64,000 nucleotides of DNA, taken from NCBI RefSeq assembly GCF_048593235.1, contig NC_133621.1, positions 101,795,148-101,859,147 of the forward strand, read 5' to 3'. Origin of the DNA: Sminthopsis crassicaudata. Taxonomy: Eukaryota. A model generated the notes under the pieces. The model saw only the letters and a program-made list of their open reading frames with translations. It was not told where the DNA came from and did no database searches. The position numbers and the translations under genes are program-made. Below, piece after piece: positions 61,925 to 64,000 of the stretch (its first letter is position 1; the number at the start of each line of letters is the position of its first letter).

Positions 61925-63165
61925 AAAATAACATAGACACTCAATATAGGTAGAGAAATCTATCTAACCCTGAAGGAAAATAGTAGAGAAATGGGATGTG
62001 TAAGGGGAGAAGGTGATAAAAGAGAGGACATATTGGGGGAGGGAGTGGTCAGTAGCAAAACACTTTTGAGGAGGGAAAGGGTATAGAAAATAGGATAAAT
62101 GGGGAGAAATAGAGTTAGTAAATGTAATTGTAAAAAGAATTTTGAAGCAGGTTTCCCTGATAAGGCTTCATTTCTCAAACATAGAGGGAACTGAGTCAAA
62201 TTTGTAAAAAAATAAGAGTCATGTCCCAATTGATAAATGATCAAAAAATATGATCTATGCCCAAAGAGCTATAAATTCATGCATATCTTTTGACCTAATA
62301 ATACTAAACCTTTAAAGAGATTGAAAAAAGGGCAGCTAGGTGGTGCAGTGGATAAAGCACTAGCCCTGAATTCAGGAGGACCTGAGTTCAAATCTGATCT
62401 CAGATGCTTAACACTTCCTAGCTGTGTGACCCTGGGCAAGTCACTTAACCCAGCCTCAGGAAAAAAAGAGAGATTGAAAAAAAAAAAAAGGAGAAGGATT
62501 TATATGTACAAAAATATTTGTAGCAGCTCTCTTCTCAGGGCAAACAAATTAGACATTGAGGGTATGCCCATCAATTGGGGATTGGCCAAATAAAATTGTG
62601 GTATGTGATTGTCATGGAATATTATTGTTCTATGGGAAATGATTCGTAGGATGCTCTCAGGAGAGAAAAAAAAAAAAAAAAAGCCCTGGAAAAAGCCTTG
62701 CATGAACTCCAGCAAAGTGGAGTATACTGTATAAAAGTAATAGCAATGTTCTGGGATGACCAGCTATGAATGACTTTGCTATTCTCAGTAGTACAATCAT
62801 CCACAACGACTCTGTGAGGTACTTAGAATGAAAAATTCTATCCATACCCATATCACCGATTGTTCCTGAAAATAGATTGAAGCTTTCTCTCTCTCTCTTT
62901 AACTTTTTTTATTTTTTTTGAGGCTTATTTTGTTGTTTTTTTCTCTTGGGGTGGGAGATCTGTTTTCTTTCACAACATGACTTTTATGGAAATGTTTTGT
63001 ATGACTTCACATGTGGTTTCTTAACAAGGATTGGCGGTGGAGATAAAGGAAAAAATCTTGAACTCAAAAGTTTAAAAAATATATATATTTTTTAAATGTC
63101 TTAAATGTGACTAGGAAAAAATACTAAATAAATAAATAAAGACACACAAAAAAAGAAAATTTGAA
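61925..63165 (+). mobile_element. Internally deleted L1 (inter-ORF spacer fused to ORF2 C-terminus, then 3'UTR and A-tail)
   Basis: Spacer-like purine-rich text to about 62130, then aaagaattttgaagcaggtttccctgataagg, which aligns with the ORF2 segment at 59768-59800. Confidence 0.65.
62330..62468 (+). mobile_element. Young WSINE1-like SINE nested in the L1
   Basis: 14-bp TSD AGAGATTGAAAAAA (62316-62329 and 62469-62482). Confidence 0.9.
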
Positions 63166-63345
63166 AGGAAAAAATGTTGTATTTCATATGAGATCTAAGC
63201 AGAGCAGAATAAAGTATTACCTCCCTTACTGTAAACATGATTTTTAATCTAATGGAGCATAAGGTTTCATGAATTTTTTTCTTGCCTTGTCACAACATTA
63301 TTGGCTTATTTAGTTCACCAAAGTTCCAAGGTCTTTTGTCACTGT

Positions 63346-63800
63346 GATAAGTTCCTGGGAAACGAGGTGGGGTTAGTAGAGAAAGCCTGAAGTACTGATA
63401 AGATTACTCCCTAAGACTATCAGGGAGGGTCCCTGATGGGAATCAGCTCAGTCTTACAGTACCACCCCCTGTGGAGAGTATCCAACCTTACAGTAAACAA
63501 TAGAAAGCCAAGTTCTGTCAAACCCCTGAAGTTAAATTTCCCCCATAAATCTTCCTATGACCTCTGCCATCTTTGTGGAATCCCTTTTGGATTAGCCCAT
63601 CACATAGTGTCTTCTTCCCACCCCCTACTCCCAAATCTCATAGTGTCTTTCTTCTTGTTATAGCTAACTCTTAGGATGCTAAATCCTTTTTAGAATATAG
63701 CTTGTTAGTCAATGGCCTTCTCTCACCTCATGGAATATTCCTCTTCTCCAGGTTAATTGTGAGTTCCACTCAGGGAACTTGTCTTTTCCATTGTTAATTG
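63346..63800 (+). mobile_element. Possible solo LTR
   Basis: Starts TG, has a TATA-like cataaat and an internal short direct repeat (catagtgtctt twice), non-coding. No terminal CA or TSD confirmed. Confidence 0.3.
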
Positions 63801-63802
63801 TT

Positions 63803-64000
63803 AGAGCAGAACCAGAAGATCGCTGTACACTTCAACAACAATACTGTATGAGGATGTATTCTGATGGAAGTGGAAATCTTCAACATAAAGAAGATCCAAC
63901 TCACTTCCAGTTGATCAATGATGGACAGAAACAGCTACACCCAGAGAAGGAACACTGGGAAGTGAATGTAAATTGTTAGCACTACTGTCTATCTACCCAG
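63803..64000 (+). mobile_element. L1 3' region (runs off the window)
   Basis: agagcagaaccagaagatcgctgtacac...gttgatcaatgatggacagaaacagctacacccagagaaggaacactggga, homologous to 5370-5430. Confidence 0.85.

Noticed and set aside
935-63979. Most ORFs in the supplied six-frame track
   Set aside because: They are short, low-complexity, repeat-derived, N-spanning or chance ORFs with no coherent domain. Only those overlapping DENND2A exons or L1/RTE relics are meaningful.
1-64000. CRISPR arrays, operons or prokaryotic defence systems
   Set aside because: The sequence is mammalian intron-exon DNA, and no regularly spaced repeat-spacer array is present.

Overview
Eukaryotic, AT-rich, retroposon-dense genomic DNA from a marsupial. 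The CORE-SINEs (WSINE1/Mar1 type), RTE, L2 and marsupial L1 3' ends point to an Australian, probably dasyurid, draft assembly with three N-gaps. The only gene is the 3' two-thirds of DENND2A (Rab GEF, uDENN-cDENN-dDENN) on the + strand. I traced 17 coding exons by hand from 8318 to the stop at 55027. They total 2032 nt, all introns are GT-AG, the phases join, and the protein ends ...GNKMKFLHKK*. The N-terminal coding exon(s) lie upstream of the window. Everything else is intron, 3' UTR or intergenic DNA with SINE, LINE and DNA-transposon relics and microsatellites. Most of the supplied ORFs are noise. I found no novel multi-gene system. The most notable oddities: (i) a 246-nt dDENN exon with two mutually compensating frameshifts plus an extra codon, which swaps 37 conserved residues without changing exon length and is more likely an assembly error than biology; (ii) a candidate in-frame 81-nt cassette exon behind a T32 tract; (iii) a (TTA)12 microsatellite forming the polypyrimidine tract of one exon; (iv) extreme exon-to-exon GC3 contrast; (v) non-autonomous L1 derivatives. 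Family names and the human DENND2A comparison are from recall, not from a search.
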